Shown here piece after piece: positions 51,441 through 63,989 of a stretch of 64,000 bases of DNA. Position 1 is the first letter of the stretch. Each line of letters begins with the position of its first letter. A model generated the notes under the pieces. It saw only the letters and a list, made by a program, of their open reading frames with translations, searched no databases and was not told the DNA's origin. The stretch comes from Isurus oxyrinchus (Eukaryota): contig JANJGN010000210.1 in assembly GCA_026770705.1 (NCBI GenBank), forward strand, positions 1 to 64,000, in the 5' to 3' direction. The position numbers and the translations under genes were made by a program.

Positions 51441-52264
51441 CCCACGTTGGTCTCTTCTTGGCATTTGATTGACACCCTTCTTTGATGATAAGGGTGATCG
51501 CATGCTTTCCATCCTTCTCATATAAACAATCAAAGCATCATCTGTTGCGGACTAATGAACAAGAAATTAATCTATTTATGCACGTCAGTAAACAGGCAAA
51601 TAATCTGGGAAGGAATGCTAATCAGTAAATGTAACAGAAGCAATACAATGAAAAGAGAGAAGTTACAGTAATAATAAAACCAAAGCCATAAAAACCATGA
51701 TATTGCAGCAATATCATGCAGCAATATTCGAGAATGAATTGAGAGTCGTTGTTTTACAGACGAGATTCCACTGGATGGCAATCTTTGGAGAAAATTTAAG
51801 AAGCCAACAGTTCCTCGCTGTGACAGGTGACAGCTGGAGGTTACAGGAAATATTTTGGCGCCACGACATGTTACTGCAAACATGAGTATATATAGGGCAA
51901 GAATTGATAGATGAATTACAAAAGAGACTTAGAGATGGGTGCCTGTAAATCATCGTATTTCATGGTCCAATGTTACTGTGTAGTCTGAAGTAAAAGGTTA
52001 TGACAATGAGAGAGAGAGATAGACAGAGACAGAGACAGGAAGAGATCAGTCCATCTTTTCGTGACCGAATATTTTGGTTACTATTAGCCACAACTTCAAA
52101 GTTTCTGGGAAATACCTGGACATTCAAATCCCATCACTCCGCAACAAGGGTCAGAGTGACAACCGTTTCTGGCAGAGAGTTAAAGATTCCCATTGCACTC
52201 TGTGTAAATCATATTTCTCACACCACAACAACGACTGCACTGGAAAGGTACTTCCTTAGCGTGG

Positions 52265-52631
52265 AACGTGCTTACTGACACCCTGAGTCTGTAAAAGGTG
52301 ATTTCTCTTTCCGAGTGAGATTTAATTTCAGGGTTAAAATTTAGTTGGCCCCTTGTTTCCAAGGGGGCCGGTAAAGTTTATTTATTTAAACTTCCTGCTC
52401 TTTATTTCAATTCTTTTTCCTGGATTGGGTTGATGAGGGGACACCACCTCCTGGGATTACCAGGATCCTGTCTCCGGTATACAAACAGATTCTGTCCGCT
52501 AAGCGGGACAACCGTAAATTGTTGGAAACAAGAATTGGGAATTTATTGAGGAGACCCTGACGGAAACTGTCTCCTTTTCAGGGAGGATCAGTGATCAAGG
52601 CGCCTAAGTCAGTCATCAGCCTGATCACCAC
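52265..52631 (-). pseudogene. possible ancient V relic
   Basis: Acceptor TTTCATAG; LFVYRRQDPG (FR2-like); FTGPLETRGQLNFNPEIKS..ITFY (FR3-like); no clear RSS. Confidence 0.35.
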
Positions 52632-53768
52632 TATGAAAGATTTTCATTCATTTGGCTGAAAGTGCAACCCTGTGTTTGTCGAATTTTTCAAACTCTGTAT
52701 TCACTCCCTGAGCTACTTGCATTAATTTCCATGTGTTTTACAGCGCCAACGAATCTTATATCGAGGCTTGATTGACTCACCAGAGAGGTAGAGATAGGCA
52801 CAAAGAGACACTGAGAAAGTCAGAGACAGAAAGAGAAACAATCAGAGAAAGAGAAACAATCGGAGAAAGCCTCCACGATGAGAGTCATAGGGACCTTCCC
52901 GAAACATCATAACAAAACACAACACTCAACAAAAAGAAGTGAGAATCACTTGTGGAGTCAAATTAATGAATTTTAACTCGCATTTTTACTAAAAACGACC
53001 TTCAAAAATCTATTTGATCACTTTTATTTAATTTTTGGGTTTTGATACAGTTTCCGTGCTTTCCTGTATTATTGAACAACGGTTCCCCATGTCTCCTGTC
53101 AGTTTGCTGTGGTCTTTGACCGCGGCCTGTTCACAGCGTTTATTTGAACAGAGTATGTTGTTGGGGCAGAGACAGGTTATACGCAATGAGCATTGTTCAC
53201 CAGGTAATGACTGACACTAGGTAGGACAAATCCCAAGTACAAAGTTCCCCCAGGGACTATTGAGCTTCAGAACGTTCTCTTAATTCTGGAACGTTTCGTG
53301 TCACCATTAATAATCCCGGGTTTGCTGGAGATAATGAACAGGCCAAGATTACATCCCACCACCCCCGTCTCTAAAAGTGCAGTCATCACCCTACTGACTC
53401 TAGTCCAGCTCGGGGTGTTTCCATTCCATGTCAGGCAGCTCACCACCGACGTATCTCACAGAACCAGAGAGACGAGGAAATGAGGTGAGAACAACCTGAG
53501 ACATAACAGCAAATTGTTGAGGGTGATGATTAGAACAGCCGCTTTGAAAGCTGATGCTGTGATGATCTCTTGATCGGATCTGATTCTGAAGTTTGTTTTT
53601 TCGGCCGCTCCTGGACACAACTGGTGACAGTTTGATCCGAGGTGAATGTGGTTTTCCTCTCGGTTTGTTTTTGAGCGGCTGACAGCGCCGCTGAACATTA
53701 TGGCTGCACCTGCCCGAGATTCTACACAAACCCCAACCGAGAGGAGCTCCTATCCAGAGTCTAAAGGC

Positions 53769-53807
53769 AGTTTTTGTACAGGGGTCAGGCTGCCTTCCAT
53801 CACTGTG
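53769..53807 (-). other. near-consensus 23-RSS
   Basis: CACAGTG + 23 + ACAAAAACT. Confidence 0.95.
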
Positions 53808-54273
53808 AGTCTGATAGCGCAGTAATACACGGCGGCGTCGGTCAGCAGAAGACCCGAGATGCTCAAACTGATGAATTTAGTCGAGGTCTGGATCTCTGCA
53901 GAGAAACGGCTTTTAGCAAAATCTGCTTTATCTTCATTACCGCCTTTGTATTTCCTCAATATAAACTCAGGCTGGGAGTCTGGGTGTTGCCGGTACCAGA
54001 ATAAAGAATAGCTACTCATTGTAGTATCATAGGTACAGTATAAAGTCACCGCTTCTCCTTCTGTCTTAACACCTAAGGACAGCAGCTGAGTGACAGAATC
54101 TCCATGAATCGCATCTGAAAAAATATGTTCAAACAGAAAAAAATCACATAGAAAAGTGTTTACAGTTCAATTTAAGGCATGTTTTTAAAATCAGTGAAAA
54201 GATGAAATGTGTTTAATCCACAATTAACTCTAAGAAATGCTCCCCACATGACGCAAATGCTGAGGAGCCGCAT
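53808..54273 (-). CDS. TRDV: TCR delta-like V segment, intact V exon (54114-53808), leader 54273-54228 with a defective donor
   Basis: DSVTQ..EGEAVTLYCTYDTTMSSYSLFWYRQHPDSQPEFIL..KADFAKSRFS..DAAVYYCAIR; donor reads G|TTAATT. Confidence 0.85.
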
Positions 54274-55659
54274 TGTCGTTGTCCGCGCTGTAAAAGGGGA
54301 GTCGGATATTTGAAGACACCCGTTCTAATCTCCACCCTCAATAATCTGTTGTCATGTCTCAGGATGTTCTCACCTCACTTCATTATGTCCCCAGTGGTGC
54401 TGTGAAACCGGTAGATGGTGAGCCAGCTGCCAGTGAATGGAAACGCCCTGAGCTGGGGTTCCATTACTGTCCTCATTGGGAGACTGTGTCCGTTTTACAG
54501 GAGAGACGGTGACAATTCAAGCAATGTCTGGATATTTCAACTGTCAAACACAGAATTTTTCAGAGCTTTGTTTTTTTTTCCGGGTCAGTTCGTTCACTAT
54601 AATTCTTTTAGTCTTACTGCCAGGAAACCAGCAACCGTGACTCCAGTGAGATTTCCCCGATGAACCACTTCAGTAGTAACCTGGCTATGATTAAATATTT
54701 TGTAGAGTGATTTCTAATATTAGAACAACGATACCGGTTGTTACGATGCAAATACTTGAACAGGCAAAATACTCTCCTAATGTAAACAGATATTGGCTCA
54801 CTGCCCACTTCAGTTTAGAACGATTGAATTCTATTTGGTTCTTTGCAGTCCTCGTTGTATCGTTACTCATTTATTTAATCAGCCATGACTCTCAGGTTTT
54901 AGGTTTGCTGTGAGAGAGAATGGCGGGAGCGCCGGGTTTGCGCTTTTCAGCAATTTGGCACTCATCGGCTCAAATTTACGGGGGCTAAGCTCAGAGAGCA
55001 TTGTTACAGCCCGCAGCGGACATGTAAAGCGATACCTAATTACGTAGAACTCAACGCCAGCCTCCAGGAAAGCCTTTCCTCATAGTGGAAATAGATATGG
55101 CGTCGAAATATTTCCAGTCAAAAAGTTCAGAAACAAGACCTCAGGGCGGGTTTTGCATTTACATTTTCATATTATTTCTCATTAGTTGCACCTTCCACTC
55201 ACTTACTCTGCCCTGTGCATAATAACAGCTTCCAAACCTTCTAAATGCAATTTTTTTCTTACGATCATACCGTCTCCAACCTATTAAGACAAGTTGAGTT
55301 CACTTATTAAACTTCCATTTAATCCAGTGTTTTTAGATCACTGCTTGTGCTGTAATCAGCAAGAAGGATGCTGTGATCTGCCGTCCTCTGCTGGATATTC
55401 TGTAAGTTTTCAGATGCCAATGCATAGAGTTTGAAAGATTGATCAGAAACAGTCCCTGTTTGTGAGAAGCTGCTTTGTGGCAGTTCTCAATTCATTTTCC
55501 GAGTAGAAACAAAGGTTTTATATCATTAAAATAAAAACTGGAAGAAGGAGTGTTCAGTAATTCTGTGTGAACTCTGGAAACAGGCAGCAAAAAGAGACGG
55601 AGACGACAAATAAGTTGAAAGAGGTACAGTCAGTTAAAAGTGTTTTGTAACCGCATAAA

Positions 55660-55830
55660 ACCCACCACATTCTTACCCCTCCTCAGCCCTGACCAGGAGT
55701 GATTTTAGACTCCAAACGTTAACTCCGCATCTCTCTTCGCAGATGCTGCCGAAGGTAGAATTTCCCCAGTAGTTTCTGGTTTCGTCAGTTAAAGATCCAT
55801 AGCTGCATATCTGAGGTTTATCTTCAGTTC
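55660..55830 (+). mobile_element. old Penelope pLTR fragment
   Basis: AAACGTTAACTC..GCAGATGCTGCC homologous to 4830-4940. Confidence 0.55.
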
Positions 55831-56017
55831 AGTTGCGAATTGAAATCATAAAGCAATATCGTTCTGCAAGTGGACTTCACCAGTTCTGGTTACGTTTTTT
55901 GTTTTATTGCACTTCTGGAAAGATACCTCGGACGCTCGCACCGGAGGTTGAATTATTGCTTCCGTTTGCCATTGTGAGACCGCCCTCTGCTGAGCAGTAA
56001 CGGGATCTGTCGCTGTA

Positions 56018-56508
56018 GGCTTTTGACCGACATCCGCTGTATCTCTCCAGCAGTGTAGGATCAAGATGCAGAAATGCACCGCAGTCGTAGGTCCGAGCTT
56101 TACTAATCGTTAACTCGGTGAACTTAGCAATTTCAATAAGCCTAGAACAGAATCGGTCCGCAAAGTAGAATTTCCAGGTTTCTATCCATCTAGGGAGAGG
56201 GTGGACAGTGGAGGGCGCCTAGGATGTTGATTGCATCACAGTACAAAGCTCTTAGAATAGCTTGTTTTGAAGGTGCATTTCACGGTGATATTACTTCCCT
56301 CTCCAGCCGTCATTTCAGCAGCCGACTATTCTACTGTGTGTTGGTGGCTCAATTCTGACATATATTAATGATAGTCACGGTCTCATCATCGAGAGCATCA
56401 TTATTAGTGCATTAACAATAAAATGTGGGTTACAGCGCTGAGGGGGAGAATAGAGTTTAACTGGAAAGGGAAATACTTATTGAGAAGTGACATAATAATG
56501 AGGAGCAT
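56018..56508 (-). pseudogene. TCR V pseudogene
   Basis: Leader MLLIIMSLL; EMTAGEGSNITVKCTFKTSY; FADRF..FTELTI..AVHFC; RSS TACACTG+24+TCAAAAGCC. Confidence 0.82.
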
Positions 56509-57351
56509 TCCAGTATGTTTCCCCATGATGATCATTCCCTCTGTAACTCTGCAGTCTGGAAATCCTCTGCCAGAGCAGAAATACCGAGTCCCGGCCCACT
56601 GACATTCTGACCCAAACAATGCCAAACTGAGAACAGTGGCAGTAATCTGTCCAATAACACAGGGCAGGCCAGGCGGGCCAGAGCGACGGCAGAAAACGGA
56701 AAATTTGGGCGGGATTGGAGCAGGCAGTGTCGACACACATCGAATCCATCTGCAAGGATCTGAATTCAACAATAATGGCCCCTTCGAAAATCAAATAATT
56801 CTGCCTGTCGATAGGAGTTGCGGTTCTTTCACATTCATTCCATATTGGGTAAGAGCAGGGTGGACACTGGCGGACCAGAGTTAGTAAATTGCTCAATAAC
56901 GAAGGAAATCTTCATTAGCAACCTCGGATAATACTGCGGCTGAACCAATGTGCAGCTTGGCTAGAATAGTCCTAAGCTGAATTATACACAACTATCAATT
57001 CTCTGAAACGTTTAAACCAAAGACTGGCAGAAGGAAATGTCTGAAAATATGGGTGACAGATGGAGTCAGGGATTGAAAAAACACAAGTCGATAGGCAAAG
57101 GCATCCAAGGAAAATAAAGGTGATTTCAAGCGTCATAGATCGATTCGTAATGTTCATTTTTATTAGGTGTGCTGCTAAAATCGCACATTGATATTACTGC
57201 TGAAGTGGTCATTGTCTGTTCTTGTAGGGGGTTGCGTTTTGTTGCAATGTTCCGACGGTTCCTCTGACTGACTGTGGAAGCGGGATTATTGTTTCTGTTT
57301 ATTGGCGTGAGAGCGCCCTCTGCTGAGCACTAACTGGAACTCTCAGTGTGG

Positions 57352-57910
57352 GGGTTTGGTACGGCATCCGTTATATCTCTGCTGCAGTGTGGGCTGCATG
57401 GCACAGAAATATATCGCGCTGACAAAGATTACAGAGCTGCCGATCATTGGAATTTGGATTTCCATCATCCGCAGTATTTTGTTTTTATATTAGCTCGGCA
57501 ATGTTGGCAGTTTTATTGAACGTTGCTGAAAAGCGATTAGTGATGTCGGTGTGTCTGCATAGTTTCCATCCCAGGATACGAAGCATGTACTCTGGAGGCT
57601 GCCCGGGGTCCGATTGTACCAGTGCACATAAGGGATAGAATCGCCTGTTTTCAACATCAGGCTAATGTGGCCTTACTTTCTCCTTCAACCGTTATTTCAT
57701 CAAGACTTCCATTGTGTCTTGGTGGCTCCATTCTAATATAAAACAATAGCATGAACACAAATCAGGGTCAGTCTCATATTGATCAATATAATCGGCATCA
57801 AAACCATCACTTTTATTCTACCAACAATAATATGTGTTACATTAATTAGGGGATTTTTGTTTTACTGGGAAGGAAATACTTAATGAGAAGTGACATAATG
57901 ATGAACAGCG
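57352..57910 (-). pseudogene. TCR V pseudogene (tandem paralogue of 56018-56508)
   Basis: PYVHWY..PGQPPEYMLRI..NRFSATFNKTANIAEL..SAIYFCAMQ; RSS CACACTG+24+ACCAAACCC. Confidence 0.85.
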
Positions 57911-60309
57911 GAGCGAGACTGATCCCAATGATACTTTCTGATTGTGTAAGTCTGCAGTGCGAGAAATTCTCTGTCGGAGCGGAAATACAAATCTCTGTCC
58001 TATTGCACTGCTGATGCAACAAATGTCAAGAATAGTCCAGCAGCAGCAATCTCGCCAAGAAGACAATCCGGTCCGAGTGAGAGCAACAAAAGGAAACTGT
58101 GGGCGGGGATACTGCAGGCTCAACGTTGACCGAAATGAGCGGCGTTCGGAACACATGGAGCGGAAATAGCGACGGTTGAACCTTCAAGGCCAGTGATCAT
58201 CCTGCTCCTGCTCACTCTTCAAGGGACTGAGAACAAATAGGTTGGGAGGGACTTGAAAGAAGTAGAATCATTGAATCTTAGATCAAGAAAATGAGGCCAT
58301 TCAGACGATCATGGCTATGCCTCACTGTAAGGTGGATAAGCTGTTTGATAATTTAGCAGCAGGGGAGCAGTCGAGGGATGTTGTGGTGCGGTGGAGCTTG
58401 GCGTTGTCAGCGTACATGTGAAAACAAAGGTTGTGTTTTCAGATGTTGCCACCAAGGAGCTTCATGCAGATTAGAAATCAGAGGGCACCAAGGATAGATC
58501 TTTGGGGGACAACAGAGGTGCAGGAGCAAGGGAAAAACCCATTACAAGTGAATCTCTAGCGGGTGTCTGAGCGACCATCTATCTCTTGATCTTATTCCTA
58601 AAGTTATATTTTACTCGATTAAATCAGTGTCAACTTGTGGTCACAGTTTAAATAAATATACTTCGAGATAAACTCTTTCCGGATGATGTGCTATTTTTAT
58701 CTCCCTATATTACTGATCTAATTCCCTTTCCTGGACTTCCTGCTTCCATCTTAATCACTGTCTCTCTCATTGTCTCTCCCTCTCTTTCTCCCGTTGACTC
58801 TTCATGCATTTCTTTCTGTTTCTCGGAATCTAAGGTTTCCTACCTCACTGTATCTTCGTCTATTTACCTCCTTGTTCTGTCGCCTCTCACTATCTCTCCC
58901 TCTTTTTATCTCATTGCCTCTCTAGCATTTTCTGATTTCCTTTATTTCACTTTTCTTGTTTCTCTGTCTCTACCTAGAACCTTCTCCCTGTACTTCTGCC
59001 CCTTTTCTCTCCAGGTTGTCCCTCTATCCTTGTTGCTCCAAACTTTGTTCTCCACTTCCCTCCTTCATTTCCTTCCAGTTGTCTCTGTCTCCCTCCCTGC
59101 CTCTCCCTCAGTCTTTCTCCGGCATCCCTTTCTGGGTTGCTTTTTCTATCTCGCCCTCTGTCACTTCCCCAATGTCTCTCCCTGTTTCAAGGCAAACGGA
59201 TGTCTCAACGTGCTTTTCAGCCAATGTAGTGCTTTCGAACTATATTCACTGTTGCAATGCAAGAAGCTAAATTGCACACAGCAAGATCCCACAATCAGCA
59301 ATGTGACATTGACCGGATAATCTGTAATTGTGATGTTGATTAAGGAATAAACATTGTCCAGGCCATTGGGGATAACTTCCCTTCTTCAAAATGCTGCCAG
59401 GAGTCAAATTACATCCACCATAAATGGCAGATGGGGCATCTGTTTGAAGCTTCACCCAAAACATGGCATCTCGGACGGTGAAGGAAACTCTCAGTAGTAG
59501 AGTGGATTTTCAGCATTTAATTTGCACTCAGGTTCTGCAGCGACGGTGACATGCTTCAAGAACAAATAGTTACCCTTTTGGGCAACCAGATGGCGCATCG
59601 ATGGTTTGTGATGGGTTGAAAATATTTCCAATGCATATCTTTGGCCTGGGTTGGGTGACCGTTATTGTTGCGCCTTTGCAGCCAGTGCAATCTGCGCCAC
59701 ACGTGTACAGGGCTCTGCCACACCAACAAGCCTCAAAGCTGCACTGTTGAAGTTAAGCCATTTCCCACCCAAAGTCATATGCTGCTTTACTCGACTCATG
59801 ACTTCTATTTGAATGGAGGAGTTACTAGAATCAACAGCACGGATGTGCACATCCCCCAACAGAAAACATATGCCCTAATTCATGCCTCCATTGGGGTTTG
59901 AACCAAATTGGTGCTAGTGAAAGGCCATTGTTTGTCCCGTCGACCTAATCGGTTCCCATCAGAGGCTTCCATCACACTCAGCCTAGGCTAGCTTTCAAAC
60001 TAGGTCCAATATTTTCAAAGTGCAAGCATCTGACTCAGCATGTCACTATTTTCTGCTGGTTCTGAGAGATCACTGTTGTTTGAAGCCAAGTAATGGGAAA
60101 TAAGGGCACCAGAGGGCGTGTCAGTGAGACTAAGAGATACAGATCGCATCACTGGATTGTTCCCTGTCCCTTGGCGAACGCATAAGAGGTGCTTACCTTC
60201 ATACCAAGCAGAAAATATTATAATCGATTGCACATCAAAATCATCCCAAACTTAATCGATTTTCCTATAGTATTCCAGATCCACAAGGCATAAAATTCAG
60301 GAAAATGCA

Positions 60310-60737
60310 ATGAATGAAACAGTGACTTTACAATTGTTGATTTGAGGTGAGCGTTTTATGCTAAATTCGGTGTGATGTTTTTTGTTATTTCTTTGTTTCT
60401 CATTTCCTTGTCCTTCATTCTCAATAGTTAGGCAGCGATTCACCAACCACAGCTGATGTTTGCACAAGAGTAACAATCGATTGAAATCTGGTGCAATGCA
60501 ACGACCAGAGATTTGTACAGGACCAACTGGTACAGGCAACTGGAGAGCCGTGTCCCGAAATTTATCCTATATGCTTTCAGCGGCAACACCAATAACGGTC
60601 CGTTCACGCTCTTTGTTGACCCAACAAAAAGTTAAAACATTCTCGGCATTGGCAGTACCATGGTGTCAGATGCTGGAATGTATCTCTGTGCAACGAGGCA
60701 CTGTGAGACAAAGACTGAGTGCTCCAATACAATATCT
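60310..60737 (+). pseudogene. TCR V pseudogene, paralogue of the 33445 V
   Basis: TGA in leader, deletions and TAA in FR1; DAGMYLCATR; RSS CACTGTG+23+ACAATATCT (60699-60737). Confidence 0.92.
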
Positions 60738-61328
60738 ATTGCAGGCTCCTATCAGACAAGCTCTACACGTCTATTTGTTCTCCGAAATGTTTTGACTCAC
60801 ATATGATGTACAGTTCCACATCCATCCTAAACAGAATACGTTGTTCAGACTGTCCTGAATATACTTACTCCTTTATGGCATATGGTTTTACAACTCTATT
60901 TACCCTAGAACAAATTGGTTATTCAGTCTGGGCTGAATGAGTTTACTCCTCTGCGCGGTAGTGTTAAACATGCTCCATCTACTGTGTTGGAAAGGATTTT
61001 ACTGGATTCGAACTTAGGGCGCCAGAGAAATCAGTTTCAACGGTCACCATCCCAAAGTGATTTTGTTCCCCTCAATACCCTCTATAAGCGCAAAGTGGTC
61101 TTTTGACAACAAACCGCTGGTGAAGGGAGCAGACAATCAATAACATTGCATCGTGAGGGAAGAATATTCATTTACAATCAATCCAAAAGCAGAAAACCCA
61201 CGTGACAGAGAATTCAACTGGGTGTCTCTGACATTAATTAGATCATTCAATGTGCTTCCCTCAGATCGTGTTCTCCTGATGTGAGTTGTGTGTCGTTTTC
61301 TTATTGACATTTGATTTGCAGGGATGTA

Positions 61329-61776
61329 GTGAATCTATCATTCGTCATTCTGATTCTACTAATATGTAGGTACAGGATCTGTACTCAATAAATCAAGGGT
61401 TTAATTTTTGTATTCACCTTGCTCCTGTGTCTCATTGTTTGGATGCTTGAAGAGGTCGATATCTCTCGGGCCGTGTGCTGCAGTCTCAGGCTTGTAGAAC
61501 AGCCCTCAGCGGGGCTTTGCTTCACATAAACTGCAGCTATGACGTCTCCAGTATTTATGCCCCTGCTTTGATACAAACGCAAATCCGATCACAGACTTGA
61601 CTGGTAATAGAGCGAGCAATCCCTTACAGGGAAAAGAGGGAGAATGATTTCAATTGGTTCTTTCCATTGCAGAGAAACGGGGTTATTGGGAACACGAGAG
61701 CGCGGATACCACTATGTTTTACTGTGCGATGGGGCCTCACACTGAGAGGAAAGTTGGCAGTCAGTGTATAAAATCC
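61329..61776 (+). pseudogene. TCR V pseudogene, paralogue of the 34490 V
   Basis: GTG start, W to TGA, frameshifts; ADTTMFYCAMG; RSS CACACTG+23+ATAAAATCC. Confidence 0.88.
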
Positions 61777-63989
61777 TCGCTCCTGTTTGCAGTTCTCGAA
61801 CAGCTGCAGCAATATCTCCAATAACACAGGGCAGGCAAAACAGTACAGAACTAGAGCAGCAGAGAGAGGCTGTGAGCGGTGCTGCCGTGGGTAATGACAG
61901 TGCAAAGCGTGTATCTAACGCTCAGTTAAGAACTGTTTTGATTAGAAAGCTCGGTCACGTCATAAAGTATCGGACTGAGATGACAGTCACTCAATGAGTG
62001 CAGTCATTAGTGTGAGGAAAGCTTTATCATTGTGGGATTATATCCCACGGTCACTTTACTGAGCATTGATCTATTTCATTTCGTTGTTTCGAGACACAGT
62101 GAAAACGTCAACATAATCCTGTTGCAACACTTGCCTTTACATTAAATTATTCGCACTGCGCTACAGTTATGCCCTGAATCTTAAACAATGAAAAGGACTG
62201 TGGAAAAAGATGACATTGTGAAACGCTAAAACAAATTTGAGTTTTGCCTGGAGAGGCAAAAGGAAACTTTCGTCTTGTGCATCGCATGAATCTCCACGTT
62301 GTCTTAATCATCTCAGCCTGTTGAGTTTTGGTGATTGATATATTTCTATGTAGGCTAGGCCAGGTAAGGACGGCAGATTACTTTTCCTCAAGCATTGTAG
62401 TCAACCAGATAGGTTTTTACAACAATTGGTGATAGTGGCCGTGGTCAATATTACTGATTTATATACCGGAGTTTCCTTTTCAAAGTGAAGCTAATTATGC
62501 TTCATTTTCCATACCGGGAAAGATACTTCAGCTCATAACAACTCGCTGCATAAAAAAAAAATCTATTTTTTTGCCTTTGTTCTTTACGAATTGTCTGAAT
62601 TCTGGGTGCAGTGGCTACTGATCCTCCTTCCAGAAGTATCAATATCTCATGAACAACTCTGTGAAAAGCCTTCATAAATGTAAACACATCAATTACACCC
62701 TTTCACAATCTCTGCTCTAAGCAGGCCAATCCCAGTTTCTCTAATCTCTTCACATAACCGAGGTCCCTCATCTCTGGTGTAATTCTTATAAATTTATTCT
62801 CGACCCACCCCAAGACGATGACATCCTTCTGAAGGTGTGGATTCAAATAAACACATTAATTACTTCTCCTTCAGATAAGTTCTAGCGATAAATGTCCTCC
62901 TAAAATTAGGCTGAGCAGTAATCTATGTGATACCAATATTGGTAACAATGTAATGTTGCTTTCTGCTATGTGTTCAACAAAATTGGTTTCTCTATCATTC
63001 TGATGTCAATAGATCACTGTCGCCACCTGCTGACGAAGACTTTCTTCTACTGGCCCCGGAATTTATCAAAGATGATTCGAGAATTCTTTATGCAACCACG
63101 TCCACTTATCGAGTGAAGTTCACTCACAGGAGTTTCTGAGAGCAAACCACGAGGGGCAACAAGATCAAGAGGATTTATGTGCAGAAGGGCCAGAACCGTT
63201 GTCATAAATTATGAGAAGTGTTCCATGGGAAAGTGAGCGGAAATTGAAAATGATAAACCGACCCCATCCTGCATTTGGCTTCTTTCCCCGCATCACATCC
63301 TGTGTTAATTTGTGTAAAAACTGCTAGGGCAGACTTTCTCACCCAGCTTTCGCTCCCTTCCTGTTATCTGGACCACACCCTTTTCCTGGCCCTAGGGGGC
63401 TTTGAACCAGCTGCACCGTCAATGCTCCCAGGAGCTGTACACAGGTGCATGATTAATTATTGAGAAGTGCCAGTGCGTTTCTCCTTCAATTCTTTCCCGA
63501 TCCAGATTCAGAAAACTTGCAGCTATTGGAGTTCGAATGTGCAATTCCAGCACCAGAACTGATAAGATGGGATTTTAATAACGGTCTGCCTTCATTCCTT
63601 TAGACAAACGTTGTAGAAATTCAAATATTTACCAACACCCGGAGCCTATGTTTGTCCCTTTGCAGAATCAGTGTCTCAAAGTTATTATGTTCCGCTCACT
63701 TCCCGCCACAGGGAGTAAAGGAAATTCCTGGCGATTCGACAATTGGCATGTTCCGATGGGAACCGATGGAGAAAGGAGCAGGGGGTCAAAAACGACATCC
63801 TTACGTCACGAGAACAAGTCTATTTCCAACCAATCTAAGAGCAGAAAAACCACGTGACTGGAACATTATCCCTGCCTGTCACATTAACCGAGTATTGACT
63901 TCGTTCAGACGCTCCGTCCTCTGCTGATGTGAGCTGGGCTTCCTTTTTTTACTGACACTTTCATTGTAAGGATACACTACGCGACACAA

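Noticed and set aside
58688-59320. 210-aa hydrophobic ORF
   Set aside because: CT-rich low-complexity tract plus SINE; frame not kept in the paralogue at 30.8-31.8 kb
62095-62125. Isolated CACAGTG heptamers (also 5802, 25058)
   Set aside because: No nonamer at 12 or 23 spacing
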